Assembly (NCBI GenBank): GCA_049320885.1
Contig: JBMORA010000001.1
Location: 306,622-370,621, forward strand
Direction: 5' to 3'
DNA from: Thermodesulfobacteriota bacterium
GTDB taxonomy: Bacteria; Desulfobacterota; Desulfobacteria; Desulfobacterales; SURF-7
DNA: 64,000 nucleotides
Of the stretch, positions 16,051-25,949 are shown in pieces. Every line of letters begins with the position of its first letter. Position 1 is the first letter of the stretch. The notes under the pieces were generated by a model. It ran no database searches. It was given only the letters and a program-made list of their open reading frames with translations, and was not told the origin of the DNA. Both the position numbers and the translations under genes were made by a program.

Positions 16051-18693
16051 TCAGAGATGGTTGTACCGTGGCTGATCGGATACTTCGGACACCGGAACAC
16101 CCGTATCCAGCACTTCCGGCAGACGCCCCAGATTTCCGGCCGGCAACCGGGGAAAACCGCTCACCAGTGAAACGGTCACCGAAGCCACATAGGGCACGGC
16201 GAGCATCAACAGAACGATGATCCAGAGGTGCAAATCCAGCGTCATGGAATTGGATCGCAGGCTGACACCCACGGCCCCCGCCAGCAGGAGGATCAATATG
16301 GTCAGCTCCTGTCCCGCTGAAAACAGCGCCTGCATCAGGGCCGGCCGTCCGGTCAGTTTGGGTGTCCTGAAAAACGGCAGTTGGCTGCTGAAGAATCCCA
16401 AAAGAACGGCCTTGGCGATGGTATGGGCCAGCGCCAGACCGGCCAGTCCCCCCGCTATCGTCTGAACAAGAGACGCCTGCATCCGCTTGCGGTACAGATA
16501 GACCATCTTGACGGCCTTGAAGGAAAAGAGCGCAATGGGCAGCAGCGACAGTTCCATCAGGGGCGGATCCACTTTCTTGGGCGCAATGATCATGGCCAGG
16601 GACCAGACCAGCGCCGCCAGGGTAAAAATGAGATTGAAGCCGTCGGCGATCCAGGGCAGCCAGCCGGCGATGAAATGATAGCGCTGACCATTGCTCAAAT
16701 GGCTCGTATCCTTGCCGAAGAACTCCCGGGTGTGCCGTCTCAATATCTGGATGGCGCCATAGGCCCAACGGAAGCGCTGCTTCTTGTAATCCATGTAGGT
16801 GTCCGGCATCAAACCGCGGCCATAGCTTTTGGGAATATAGACCGAATCATAGCCGTGCTCGAAGATGCGCAGACCCAATTCCGCATCCTCGGTGATGCAC
16901 CACTCGCCCCAGCCGCCGGATTCTTCCAGAACCGAGCGCCGGACAAGGGTCATGGTGCCGTGCTGGATGATGGCGTTACGCTCGTTCCGGGTAACCATGC
17001 CGATGGAGAAAAAAGCCCGGTATTCCGCATAACACATGGCTTTGAAGGCATTCTGGTCGGCGTCACGGTAATCCTGGGGCGCCTGCACCAGGCCGATCTC
17101 CGGATTGGAAAACTGGGGAACCAGATCCCGCAACCAATCCGGCCGGACCAGATAGTCGCTGTCGATGACGGCGATGATTTCGGCCCGCTCGTCGGTCCGC
17201 TCCAGAGCGTAATTCAAGGCTCCGGCCTTGAATCCCGAAAGCGGCGCCACATGGAAAAAACGGAACCGCGAACCCAGTCCGGCGCAATGCGCCTCGACCG
17301 GCCGCCACACATCGGGATCCACGGTGTTGTTGTCAATGACAAGGACTTCGAAATTCGGATAATCCAGTCCGGCCAAGGCATTGAGCGTCTCCTTGAGCAT
17401 TTCCGGTGGTTCATTGTAGGCCGGCACATGGATGGAAACCATGGGTAGCCGCTCATCCGGCAGTTTCAAGGCGCTGAACGCCCGCCGGCGCTTCGTCACC
17501 CACAGGGCTTCCGCCCATTCATGGGCTTCGGTGAGCAGCACCATGATCACCCCCACCATCCCGACGAACATAAAGAATCCCACCATCACGGTGGCCAGGG
17601 TCAGATACTGATGGATGTATTCATACACAATCCATACGGCGCCGGTGGCGGCGCCGAAAGCGATCACCGCCAGGAAACTACGGCCGCGGCCGCGCAGGGT
17701 CTCACTGTCGATCAGCAGCAAGGCCAGGGTGACGGCTGCGATAACCACCGAAATGGCCGCCAGGAAATACCAGTGGGGAATGGGGACTATGGGCTTTTTG
17801 AACGGGAATTTGGGTTTTCGGTAAGCATCGTAGACCCCCCAGTAGGCACCCACCGCGCCTTCGGTGTCCTTTTTCCAGGGCTGGTCAAATGCTTCCATGA
17901 TATAATACAGGTAATTTTCCTGCTCCGCGCGGTGCAAAAACCGTCTGAGAAATATCGCCTGGTTGGCTTCGGAGGCCACCGCCGACCGGCGCGTCCGCCC
18001 GTTGCTGGGCCAGCCGACCTCGGTGATCACCAGCGGCTTGTCAGGGTATAGCTTCTTCAGCTTGTTCATATGGTCGACGATGTAATCGACAGCCAGGTCC
18101 ACATGAATTCCTTCCCAGTAGGGCAGCATGTGAATTGCTATAAAATCGACATGTTCTGCCAGTTCAGGGTGTTTTACCCAGACGTGCCATGGTTCGGCGG
18201 TGCTCACCGGCACCTGGACATTCCGGCGCACCCGCTCGATGTATTCGATCAACTGCTCGATGGGAACATCCGCCCGCAGGACCACTTCGTTGCCCACGAT
18301 GATCCGGACGACATTCGGGCAGCCGGGGGCGACCTGCAACAACCGTTCAATTTCCCTTTCGTTGTTGGCGAGCCGGGTGTCGATCCAGGCGCCCATGGTG
18401 ACATTGATGTTATGCTTTTGTGCCAGATACGGTATGTTGGCCAGCACGTCTTCCGTTGTGTAGGTTCGGACGGCATGGGTCTTGCCCTTCAGCAGAGCCA
18501 GATCGGCATCGATCTCGGCCTCGCTGGGGAAATTCTTGGTCAACGGACTTTGGGAGGCCTGGATGGGTGAAAAGGAAAAACCCGGAATGATCGCCGGCCA
18601 GGCGGGTTCCTGCTCCGGCCGGTTCATGTAGCCCCAGATGGAAAAAGTCAAAACGGCCACGGCAATACCGATCAATATGTTGGATCGCATCAT
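16051..18693 (-). CDS. GH17 plus GT2 fusion glucosyltransferase (NdvB-like beta-1,3-glucan synthesis)
   Basis: GH17 motifs IIVGNEVVLR and VITEVGWPS; GT2 motifs VPAYNEP, KAGALN, DSDY, ITEDAELG, QRFRW; several TM segments. Confidence 0.88.
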   Translation of the reverse strand: MMRSNILIGIAVAVLTFSIWGYMNRPEQEPAWPAIIPGFSFSPIQASQSPLTKNFPSEAEIDADLALLKGKTHAVRTYTTEDVLANIPYLAQKHNINVTMGAWIDTRLANNEREIERLLQVAPGCPNVVRIIVGNEVVLRADVPIEQLIEYIERVRRNVQVPVSTAEPWHVWVKHPELAEHVDFIAIHMLPYWEGIHVDLAVDYIVDHMNKLKKLYPDKPLVITEVGWPSNGRTRRSAVASEANQAIFLRRFLHRAEQENYLYYIMEAFDQPWKKDTEGAVGAYWGVYDAYRKPKFPFKKPIVPIPHWYFLAAISVVIAAVTLALLLIDSETLRGRGRSFLAVIAFGAATGAVWIVYEYIHQYLTLATVMVGFFMFVGMVGVIMVLLTEAHEWAEALWVTKRRRAFSALKLPDERLPMVSIHVPAYNEPPEMLKETLNALAGLDYPNFEVLVIDNNTVDPDVWRPVEAHCAGLGSRFRFFHVAPLSGFKAGALNYALERTDERAEIIAVIDSDYLVRPDWLRDLVPQFSNPEIGLVQAPQDYRDADQNAFKAMCYAEYRAFFSIGMVTRNERNAIIQHGTMTLVRRSVLEESGGWGEWCITEDAELGLRIFEHGYDSVYIPKSYGRGLMPDTYMDYKKQRFRWAYGAIQILRRHTREFFGKDTSHLSNGQRYHFIAGWLPWIADGFNLIFTLAALVWSLAMIIAPKKVDPPLMELSLLPIALFSFKAVKMVYLYRKRMQASLVQTIAGGLAGLALAHTIAKAVLLGFFSSQLPFFRTPKLTGRPALMQALFSAGQELTILILLLAGAVGVSLRSNSMTLDLHLWIIVLLMLAVPYVASVTVSLVSGFPRLPAGNLGRLPEVLDTGVPVSEVSDQPRYNHL

Positions 18694-19415
18694 AGCGGTA
18701 ACCTGCATTCTGTTGTTGGGATGGGGACAATTATGTCCGGTTGTTGATTTCTGCATCCGCCGCAACCGATTCCTGGACGCCTGGTTCGGCCGACCGCATC
18801 TGGAAGACATTCACGCCGCTCCGGTTCGCACCGGCGACGTGGCCTTCCCACGAGTGCCTTCCCCAGCGTCCATTCACCCGGTCAGCGGCGAATAAACGAT
18901 TGCACTGCTCTGGGATTTCATTTCAGTTGATTTAGGGATACGGCGAAAGCTGGAATTCGTTCGCCGCCAGGGAAATATGGAAGACGATGGCATACATCGG
19001 GGAGTTCCTATTCTCGGAAATACACGCAAACCGTTTCATGTTCATTTCAAGACATCGCACCCCTGTCTGATACGTACTGCAATATTCTGCATCAATCGCT
19101 GCTCCAAACGATCCGCATCTCTGTCAGGTCCTTCAACGGGCCGGTATTTAATCACCATAAATTGTTTTCTGCAAGAAAAAAATGATTGAAAAAAAAACAA
19201 TATCGGAATAGAAAGGAAAATTGTCATGATGGTCCGGGACTCACTCCCCCGCCGATGTTTCAGGAGTTTCGGACCGATACGGGAAAGGCTCGGCGCCCTG
19301 CATCCCCAGTTGGATTACCAGACCGGATAGCATTGATCGATATGCGGCAATCGAAAGCGATGAACGGTTTTTCCAGAGCATCCCGCTCGATACTTCATTG
19401 GACCTCTTGACTCCT

Positions 19416-22400
19416 ATGCGCGTACTCAAAATCTTTCTGTTAGTCCTGCTGGTGGTGCTATCGGTGGGTCTCGCCTACGTGGAGATGCGGACCTCCTTCT
19501 TTCAGGCAGCCTTTTTTTCGCGGATTTGCCGGGGCATATCCTTTTGGGTGGAACCGGGCCCGAGTCATTCCATCCGCTTTCCCCAGACCGGTCCGTATGA
19601 CTTGCGGCTGGGATACAGCCGGATCCCATTTTGGGCCGATCTACTTGACCAGAACGGCTACCGGATCGAACAGCAGGCGCGGGTTTCCGAAACTTTTTTA
19701 ACACTTGTGGATTGGGGCCTGTTCCCGATCTATCATGAAAAAACCCAGGCCGGACTCAGAATACTGGACAGTGGAGACCAGGAAATCTTCACAACCCAAT
19801 ATCCTCAGCGCCTCTATCCCTCCTTCGAAGACGTCCCGCCACTGATCGTTAACACCCTTTTATTTATTGAAAACAGGCATCTGCTGGATGACAAACAAAC
19901 CAAGCTCAACCCGGCCATCGAATGGGAGCGCCTGGCAAAAGCCTTTGTGGATCTCACCATCGGAACTTTCAAAACCGATCATTCGGTGGGCGGGGGGAGC
20001 ACCCTGGCCACTCAACTGGAAAAATACCAGCATTCTCCGGAAGGTTTCACGGCGTCCGTGAGCGAGAAACTCCGCCAGGTGGTGTCCGCCTCCCTGCGGT
20101 CGTATCTGGACGGGGAAAACACCTATGCAACCCGTAAAAAAATCTTTTTGAAATACATCAATTCCATCCCGCTTGCCGCGATTCCGAAATTCGGCGAGGT
20201 GAACGGTCTGGGCGACGGTCTCTGGGCCTGGTTTGATACCGATGTCAACCAGGTGAACCGGCTGCTCTTTTCCTACGGCAGCTCTGGTGACAGAAATGGA
20301 CTCCCGGAAGCGGCGGCGGCGTTCCGGAAAGTGCTGACCCTGTTTCTAGCCCATCGCCAGCCGTCCGCGCTGTTGCTCAAGGACCGCGCACGGCTTCACC
20401 AGTTGACGGAAAGCTATTTAAAGGCCCTTGCGGCAGCCGGCATCATCCCGACGGAATTCCGGGATGCAGCCATGCGGGCGAAACCGGAATTCCGCAAGGA
20501 GATGAATTTCAACTATTCCTTCTCCTTCGAAAAATGGAAGACCACCAATCTGTTGCGCACGCGCTTGCTGTCGAATCTGAAAACCGACCGTTTCTATGAC
20601 CTGGATCGCTACGATCTGACGGTTTACAGCACCCTGCACACCAATCTCCAGGAGGATTTCCTCAAATTCTTCAATGCCATCAAAGAGCCCTCCTACGCCA
20701 TGGGAGCCGGGTTCAATGCACCGAATTTATTGGCCCGCGGCAACCCTTCCGGGATCACCTACAGCGTCGCGCTCTACGAAACGACCCCCCAGGGTAACTA
20801 TATGCGCGTCCTCACGAACAGTTCCAGCAAACCTTTCAATATCGACGAGAGCGCGAAAGTGGACCTGGGATCCTCGGCCAAACTGCGCACCATCGTTCAT
20901 TATCTTGAGGTCATTGAGCAACTGCACACCCGGTATGGCAACCTTTCCCCGACGGAATTGAACGCCTGCCTGAAAACGAATCTGGATCCCCTGTCGCGCT
21001 GGGCGGTTCTCTACCTGGCAGGAACATATGATCGCAACCTGTCCGTCATGCTGGACGCCTCCCTGGAAAGGGTGTATTCCGCCAGCCCGTATGAACAGTT
21101 CTTCACCGGCGGCGGATTGCACCGGTTCGGCAATTTCAGCGACAAGGATGACGACCGCTTCCACACCCTCAAAACCGCCTTCTATAATTCCGTCAATCTG
21201 GTTTTCATCCGGCTGATGCGGGATATCGTCCGCTATCATATTTTCCAGAAAATCGGCTGCGCGCCTTCCCAGCTGGAGACAATGAATGATCAGGATATCA
21301 AGAAGTATCTGGCCAAGTTCGCCGATCAGGAAGGCTCCCTGTTTTTAGCGCGCTTCCATCGGAAATACCGGGACAAATCAGCCGAAGAAGGGCTGCAGGC
21401 CCTCCTGAAAAGCATCCGCAGAAGACCCGCCGGATTCGCGGCCGTTTTTCGATATCTGAAACCGGAAGCCGGACTCCAGGAGTTTTCCCAATGGATCATG
21501 AGCCAATTCCCCGATTCGTTGCTGACGGAAAAAACCCTGATAAAGTTTTATGAGACTTATGACGCGGAAAAGATGTCTCTGCAGGACCGGGGATATATCG
21601 CCCACATTCATCCACTGGAGCTCTGGCTTGTGGGGTATAAAAAACGATTCCCGGGCGCGACCTACGCCGATATGCTGAAAGCCAGTGAAGCCGAACGCCA
21701 GGCGGTCTATACCTGGCTGTTTCGGACACGGTATAAATCCGCAAAATTGAAGCGCATACGTGTCATTTTGGAGCTCGAGGCCTTTCAGGATATTCATCAG
21801 GCCTGGAAACGCGTGGGCTTCCCATTCGATTTCCTGGTTCCATCCTATGCATCCTCCATTGGCAGCTCCGGCGACAAACCCGCGGCCCTGGCGGAACTGA
21901 TGGGTATCATCGTCAACAACGGCATCCGCAAGCCGATTGTCCGCTTCCGGAAATATCACTTCGGCCAAGGCACCCCATATGACACCACCCTGAATATCGA
22001 ATCCCCGCACACAGAGCAGGTGTTGTCCAAAGAAGTCACCGACATAACAAAGCAATTGCTCATGGGGGTAGTCAACGAAGGCACGGCCCGCAGTATCAGC
22101 AATGATTTCGTCCTCGATGATGGAACCCCCCTCCAGGTGGGCGGCAAAACCGGAACCGGTGATCATCAGTACAAAACATTCGGAGCCGGCGGCCAGATGA
22201 TCGGCTCCAAGACCGTCAGCCGGGCGGCGACATTCGTCTTTTTTATCGGCGAACGCCATTTCGGGGTCGTAACCGCTTTCGTGGCCGGTGAAGAAGCCGC
22301 CAAATACAAGTTCACCAGCGGCTTGCCCGTATTGATTCTGAAAAATATGTGGCCTTCCATTAAACCGTTTATCGCTCAACAGAAGACAGAGCCGCCGCAA

Positions 22401-22439
22401 GCCACCGCCGAAGTGATGGAGCTCCCGGGCTCTCCGTGA
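19416..22439 (+). CDS. Large transglycosylase-domain protein (class A PBP-like)
   Basis: N-terminal TM anchor, LLFIENR, GGSTLATQL, GSSAK (SxxK), SVN (SxN), GKTGT. Confidence 0.8.
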   Translation: MRVLKIFLLVLLVVLSVGLAYVEMRTSFFQAAFFSRICRGISFWVEPGPSHSIRFPQTGPYDLRLGYSRIPFWADLLDQNGYRIEQQARVSETFLTLVDWGLFPIYHEKTQAGLRILDSGDQEIFTTQYPQRLYPSFEDVPPLIVNTLLFIENRHLLDDKQTKLNPAIEWERLAKAFVDLTIGTFKTDHSVGGGSTLATQLEKYQHSPEGFTASVSEKLRQVVSASLRSYLDGENTYATRKKIFLKYINSIPLAAIPKFGEVNGLGDGLWAWFDTDVNQVNRLLFSYGSSGDRNGLPEAAAAFRKVLTLFLAHRQPSALLLKDRARLHQLTESYLKALAAAGIIPTEFRDAAMRAKPEFRKEMNFNYSFSFEKWKTTNLLRTRLLSNLKTDRFYDLDRYDLTVYSTLHTNLQEDFLKFFNAIKEPSYAMGAGFNAPNLLARGNPSGITYSVALYETTPQGNYMRVLTNSSSKPFNIDESAKVDLGSSAKLRTIVHYLEVIEQLHTRYGNLSPTELNACLKTNLDPLSRWAVLYLAGTYDRNLSVMLDASLERVYSASPYEQFFTGGGLHRFGNFSDKDDDRFHTLKTAFYNSVNLVFIRLMRDIVRYHIFQKIGCAPSQLETMNDQDIKKYLAKFADQEGSLFLARFHRKYRDKSAEEGLQALLKSIRRRPAGFAAVFRYLKPEAGLQEFSQWIMSQFPDSLLTEKTLIKFYETYDAEKMSLQDRGYIAHIHPLELWLVGYKKRFPGATYADMLKASEAERQAVYTWLFRTRYKSAKLKRIRVILELEAFQDIHQAWKRVGFPFDFLVPSYASSIGSSGDKPAALAELMGIIVNNGIRKPIVRFRKYHFGQGTPYDTTLNIESPHTEQVLSKEVTDITKQLLMGVVNEGTARSISNDFVLDDGTPLQVGGKTGTGDHQYKTFGAGGQMIGSKTVSRAATFVFFIGERHFGVVTAFVAGEEAAKYKFTSGLPVLILKNMWPSIKPFIAQQKTEPPQATAEVMELPGSP

Positions 22440-22500
22440 CCGACTCCAGCGTCTGATGATTCAGGCCGCGACCGGATTTGGCACCCGCCGGACCGCGGTG

Positions 22501-23628
22501 TTAATCCGACAGATTGTTCCAGGTCAGTTTCACGAATTTCGGATAGTACAGATCGGCATTTTCATGGAGGTCCGCTTTTTCAAAGGTGTTGACGGCATAG
22601 GTCATGATCAGATCAGCGCCGGAAAGCTCGGGGTGAGCCTTTGCCGCATAAACGACCAGCCCTTTCCGGCCGCTTTCCGGTGGCTGGAAAAGGGACAAAG
22701 GCCGGGACCATGGTCCGGTCACCTCCCTGCCCCGGCGGACGACGATATCCGGATTCCAGAAGCTCATGGTCTGTACCTGGAGATATTGTTGCTGACGCGG
22801 ATCATAATGGACGCTGAATTCCATCTGGCCTCCATCGAAAACCGGTATCGGCCTCTTCATGAATTCCTTCTGCCCCACCCAAAGGCCGGTGTCACTTCGA
22901 AACCATTGGGGTGCCGACAGATCTCCCTGCCTGGCCGAGTCGGTCCTCCAGCGCACCAGGAACACCGGGTGAAGTTCGGCCGACCTGGCCCCGTATGCAA
23001 TCACATAATCGCCCTCTCGGACAACGGCGGCGGAACCGACGATAACACCGATTCGATTGGGCGAAACCGCCGGCCAGGACAGACGCCAATCAGACGGAGC
23101 TTCATGGGGGTTTTCCACCAGCACGGCTTTCCAGCCCACGGCCTCGAAAAATCCATCGTCCCTCAACCCGATCTTCATCAGAAACAGCAGCAATTTTTCT
23201 CCCAGACTGACACCATGTCCGGGCCAAAACCAATTCCCCTGTTCATCACTCCGGAAAAAATCGTCGGGACCGGCGTCACGGCGACCCCAGAAAAAATGAA
23301 GGCCCGCCCTGGTCGGATCATATCCCCGTTGAATGGCAATGCTGTTACGCACCATGGTGGCTTCATCTCTCCCACGACGCCCCAGGGGTTCGATCAGACT
23401 GTCTCCAAAAAGCCAGAGGATGCGCCCATTTCCAAGATCAATGGAGCCGGCACCGTCCCCTCCCAGCCAATGCGGATCCGTCCGAAACAATCCATCAGCC
23501 GCCGGCCATGATTCCGCAATAAAACGATTCTCCGCTTCCGGGAAAAGATATCGACAGGACGGACGGCAAACCAGAATCGCGGCTATGAGCAGACAAATCC
23601 GGAAACGGGAAACGAAATCCTTGGGCAT
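22501..23628 (-). CDS. Exported protein, DUF4185/DUF5005-like
   Basis: WLGGDGAGSIDLGNGRILWLFGDS and YAAKAHPEL motifs; start codon uncertain. Confidence 0.65.
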   Translation of the reverse strand: MPKDFVSRFRICLLIAAILVCRPSCRYLFPEAENRFIAESWPAADGLFRTDPHWLGGDGAGSIDLGNGRILWLFGDSLIEPLGRRGRDEATMVRNSIAIQRGYDPTRAGLHFFWGRRDAGPDDFFRSDEQGNWFWPGHGVSLGEKLLLFLMKIGLRDDGFFEAVGWKAVLVENPHEAPSDWRLSWPAVSPNRIGVIVGSAAVVREGDYVIAYGARSAELHPVFLVRWRTDSARQGDLSAPQWFRSDTGLWVGQKEFMKRPIPVFDGGQMEFSVHYDPRQQQYLQVQTMSFWNPDIVVRRGREVTGPWSRPLSLFQPPESGRKGLVVYAAKAHPELSGADLIMTYAVNTFEKADLHENADLYYPKFVKLTWNNLSD

Positions 23629-23740
23629 TTCACCTATCCTCCTGACCTCAGCTTGTTTTGCTTGACGGTTGACTGGTTTATGGAAGATAGTATCATGGAT
23701 GTCTGGACTCAACAACCCGTGATATGGAGAGGAAATTCCC

Positions 23741-24997
23741 ATGCGGCACATCGGTCAGGACACGAAGAAAAACATCATCGAACGTTTCCGAAAACATGTT
23801 TCCTCCGGAAAAGCGGATTTTTTTGAAAGCGTCGGCATCGATTTCGTGTTCGGCCGACGGGAAGGCCCGTATGTCTGGGATGCAATTTCCGGCAACCGCC
23901 TGATCAACTGCCATTGTAATGGCGGCGTATTCAACCTCGGCCACCGCAATCCGGTTGTAATTGAAACCCTCCGCCAGAGCCTGGAGGAGCTCGATATCGG
24001 CAACCATCATTTGATCAGCGAAAGCCGGGCCGCCCTCGGCAGTGCGCTGGCCGAACTGATGCCGGGAGATATCGCCTATACGGTTTTCGGCGTCGGCGGC
24101 GGGGAGGCCATCGACCTTGCGATCAAACTGGCCCGTGGCTTCACCCGCCGGCAGACCATCGTCTCGGCCGGAGGTGGCTATCACGGGCATACCGGTCTGG
24201 CGCTATCCACCGGTGACGAGCAATACCGATCACCCTTCGGACCCAACCCGCCGGGTTTCATACAGGTTCCCTTTAACGACCGGGAAGCCCTTGAAGGCCT
24301 CGTCAATTCGGACACCGCCGCCGTCATCTTCGAAACCGTGCCGGCCACTCTCGGGATTCCGATCCCCGGGACGGATTATTTTCCGTTTGTCCGCGATCTC
24401 TGCGATCAAACCGGTGCCCTTTTCATCATTGATGAAGTCCAAACCGGTCTCGGACGCACGGGGCGTCTGTGGGGCATCGAGCACTACAACGTGGTGCCGG
24501 ATATCATGGTGATCGGGAAAGGGCTTTCCGGCGGGATTTATCCCATGTCCGCCACTTGCTTTCGCCCCGAATTCGAATCCTTCTTTCACGATCATCCGTT
24601 TATCCATGTTTCCACCTTCGGCGGAGCGGAAGTCGGCTGTCCGGTTGCCTTGAAGGTCCTCCAGCTTTCTTCACAACCCCATTTCCTGGAACGGGTCAAT
24701 GAACTTTCCGAGGTGTTCCGTGGGAGGTTCGAGGAATTGCGGGAAAAGCACCCGGAGATCCTGGTGGGTCTGCGCCAGCTGGGACTGATGATGGGTATCG
24801 AAATGATCAATGAACATTGCGGCCCCATCTTATCCAAAACCCTCTTTGACAACGGGATTCTCAGTGTCTATGCCAACAACGACACCCGGATCAGCCAGCT
24901 GTTGCCGCCGCTGATCATCGACCGGGTGCTGGCGGAAGAAATCATCGAACGGGTGGACAACGGACTGAGCGCCGCCAAAAAACTGCTGGGGCTATGA
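23741..24997 (+). CDS. Class III PLP aminotransferase (putrescine/ornithine type)
   Basis: GGGEAID, GYHGHT, IIDEVQTGLGRTG, GKGLSGG, STFGG. Confidence 0.9.
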   Translation: MRHIGQDTKKNIIERFRKHVSSGKADFFESVGIDFVFGRREGPYVWDAISGNRLINCHCNGGVFNLGHRNPVVIETLRQSLEELDIGNHHLISESRAALGSALAELMPGDIAYTVFGVGGGEAIDLAIKLARGFTRRQTIVSAGGGYHGHTGLALSTGDEQYRSPFGPNPPGFIQVPFNDREALEGLVNSDTAAVIFETVPATLGIPIPGTDYFPFVRDLCDQTGALFIIDEVQTGLGRTGRLWGIEHYNVVPDIMVIGKGLSGGIYPMSATCFRPEFESFFHDHPFIHVSTFGGAEVGCPVALKVLQLSSQPHFLERVNELSEVFRGRFEELREKHPEILVGLRQLGLMMGIEMINEHCGPILSKTLFDNGILSVYANNDTRISQLLPPLIIDRVLAEEIIERVDNGLSAAKKLLGL

Positions 24998-25010
24998 ACA
25001 ACAAGGGAGG

Positions 25011-25928
25011 ATGACCGTCATGATCATCGATGAAGAGCGCTTGCAACGGTTCGAGGCCGGACTCGATCCCCAAAACCTGCAACAATCCGCCGTTCCGGGC
25101 CATATCGTCGGATATGGTGAGATATCCGCCATTTTTCAAATTGGAGATGACGATGAGTTGGTTTACAAACGCATGCCCCTGTTTGACAGCCGCGCCGCGG
25201 CCGAAACCTATGAAAACATGTACCGTGAATATTGCGGCCTGCTGGAAAAGGCCGGTGTAAAACTGCCCGCCAGCGAAACCCGGATTGTTGAAATCCCCCG
25301 AAGGCCGGTGGTGCTATATATTGCCCAACAAAAACTCCCCGGAGACCGCTTTTGCCATCAGTTGCTGCAGACATTCGATCCATCCCGATCCACCGCTCTT
25401 ATCGAAAAAGTAGTGACCGAAATCAACAAAATCTGGACCTTCAATCGCACCGCCGCCCCTTCTTTGCAGCTGGCCATCGACGGACAGCTTTCCAACTGGG
25501 TCCATGGGGCTGAACTCCTCTATATCGATACCAGCACCCCCCTGTTCCGTAAAAACGGAAGGGAGCAGCAGGATCCGGAACTGTTGCTGAAAAGTGCTCC
25601 CGGTTTCCTGCGCTGGATCATTCGCTGGTTTTTTCTATCGGATGTCATGAACCGGTATTATCATCCACGCCTTGTCTTTACCGACCTGGCGGCCAATCTT
25701 TACAAGGAGCAGCGGCCCGACCTGCTGCCGCAAACCATCTCCGTCATCAACCGCTTCCTGGATCAGGAAACGCCGCCCCTGACCATTGACGAGGTGCGGA
25801 AATATTACCGCGAAGACAAATGGATTTGGATGGTTTTTCTGGCCTTCAGGCGGGCTGACCGCCTGATCAAAACCAAGATGTTGGGCCGGCGGTATGAATT
25901 CATCCTTCCCGGCGTCATCAAACGATAG
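25011..25928 (+). CDS. Conserved hypothetical protein (DUF6206-like), operonic with the aminotransferase
   Basis: GYGEISAIF, DGQLSNW, YIDTSTP; RBS GGGAGG. Confidence 0.65.
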   Translation: MTVMIIDEERLQRFEAGLDPQNLQQSAVPGHIVGYGEISAIFQIGDDDELVYKRMPLFDSRAAAETYENMYREYCGLLEKAGVKLPASETRIVEIPRRPVVLYIAQQKLPGDRFCHQLLQTFDPSRSTALIEKVVTEINKIWTFNRTAAPSLQLAIDGQLSNWVHGAELLYIDTSTPLFRKNGREQQDPELLLKSAPGFLRWIIRWFFLSDVMNRYYHPRLVFTDLAANLYKEQRPDLLPQTISVINRFLDQETPPLTIDEVRKYYREDKWIWMVFLAFRRADRLIKTKMLGRRYEFILPGVIKR

Positions 25929-25949
25929 ACTTTTCCCGCCGCTCCGGGA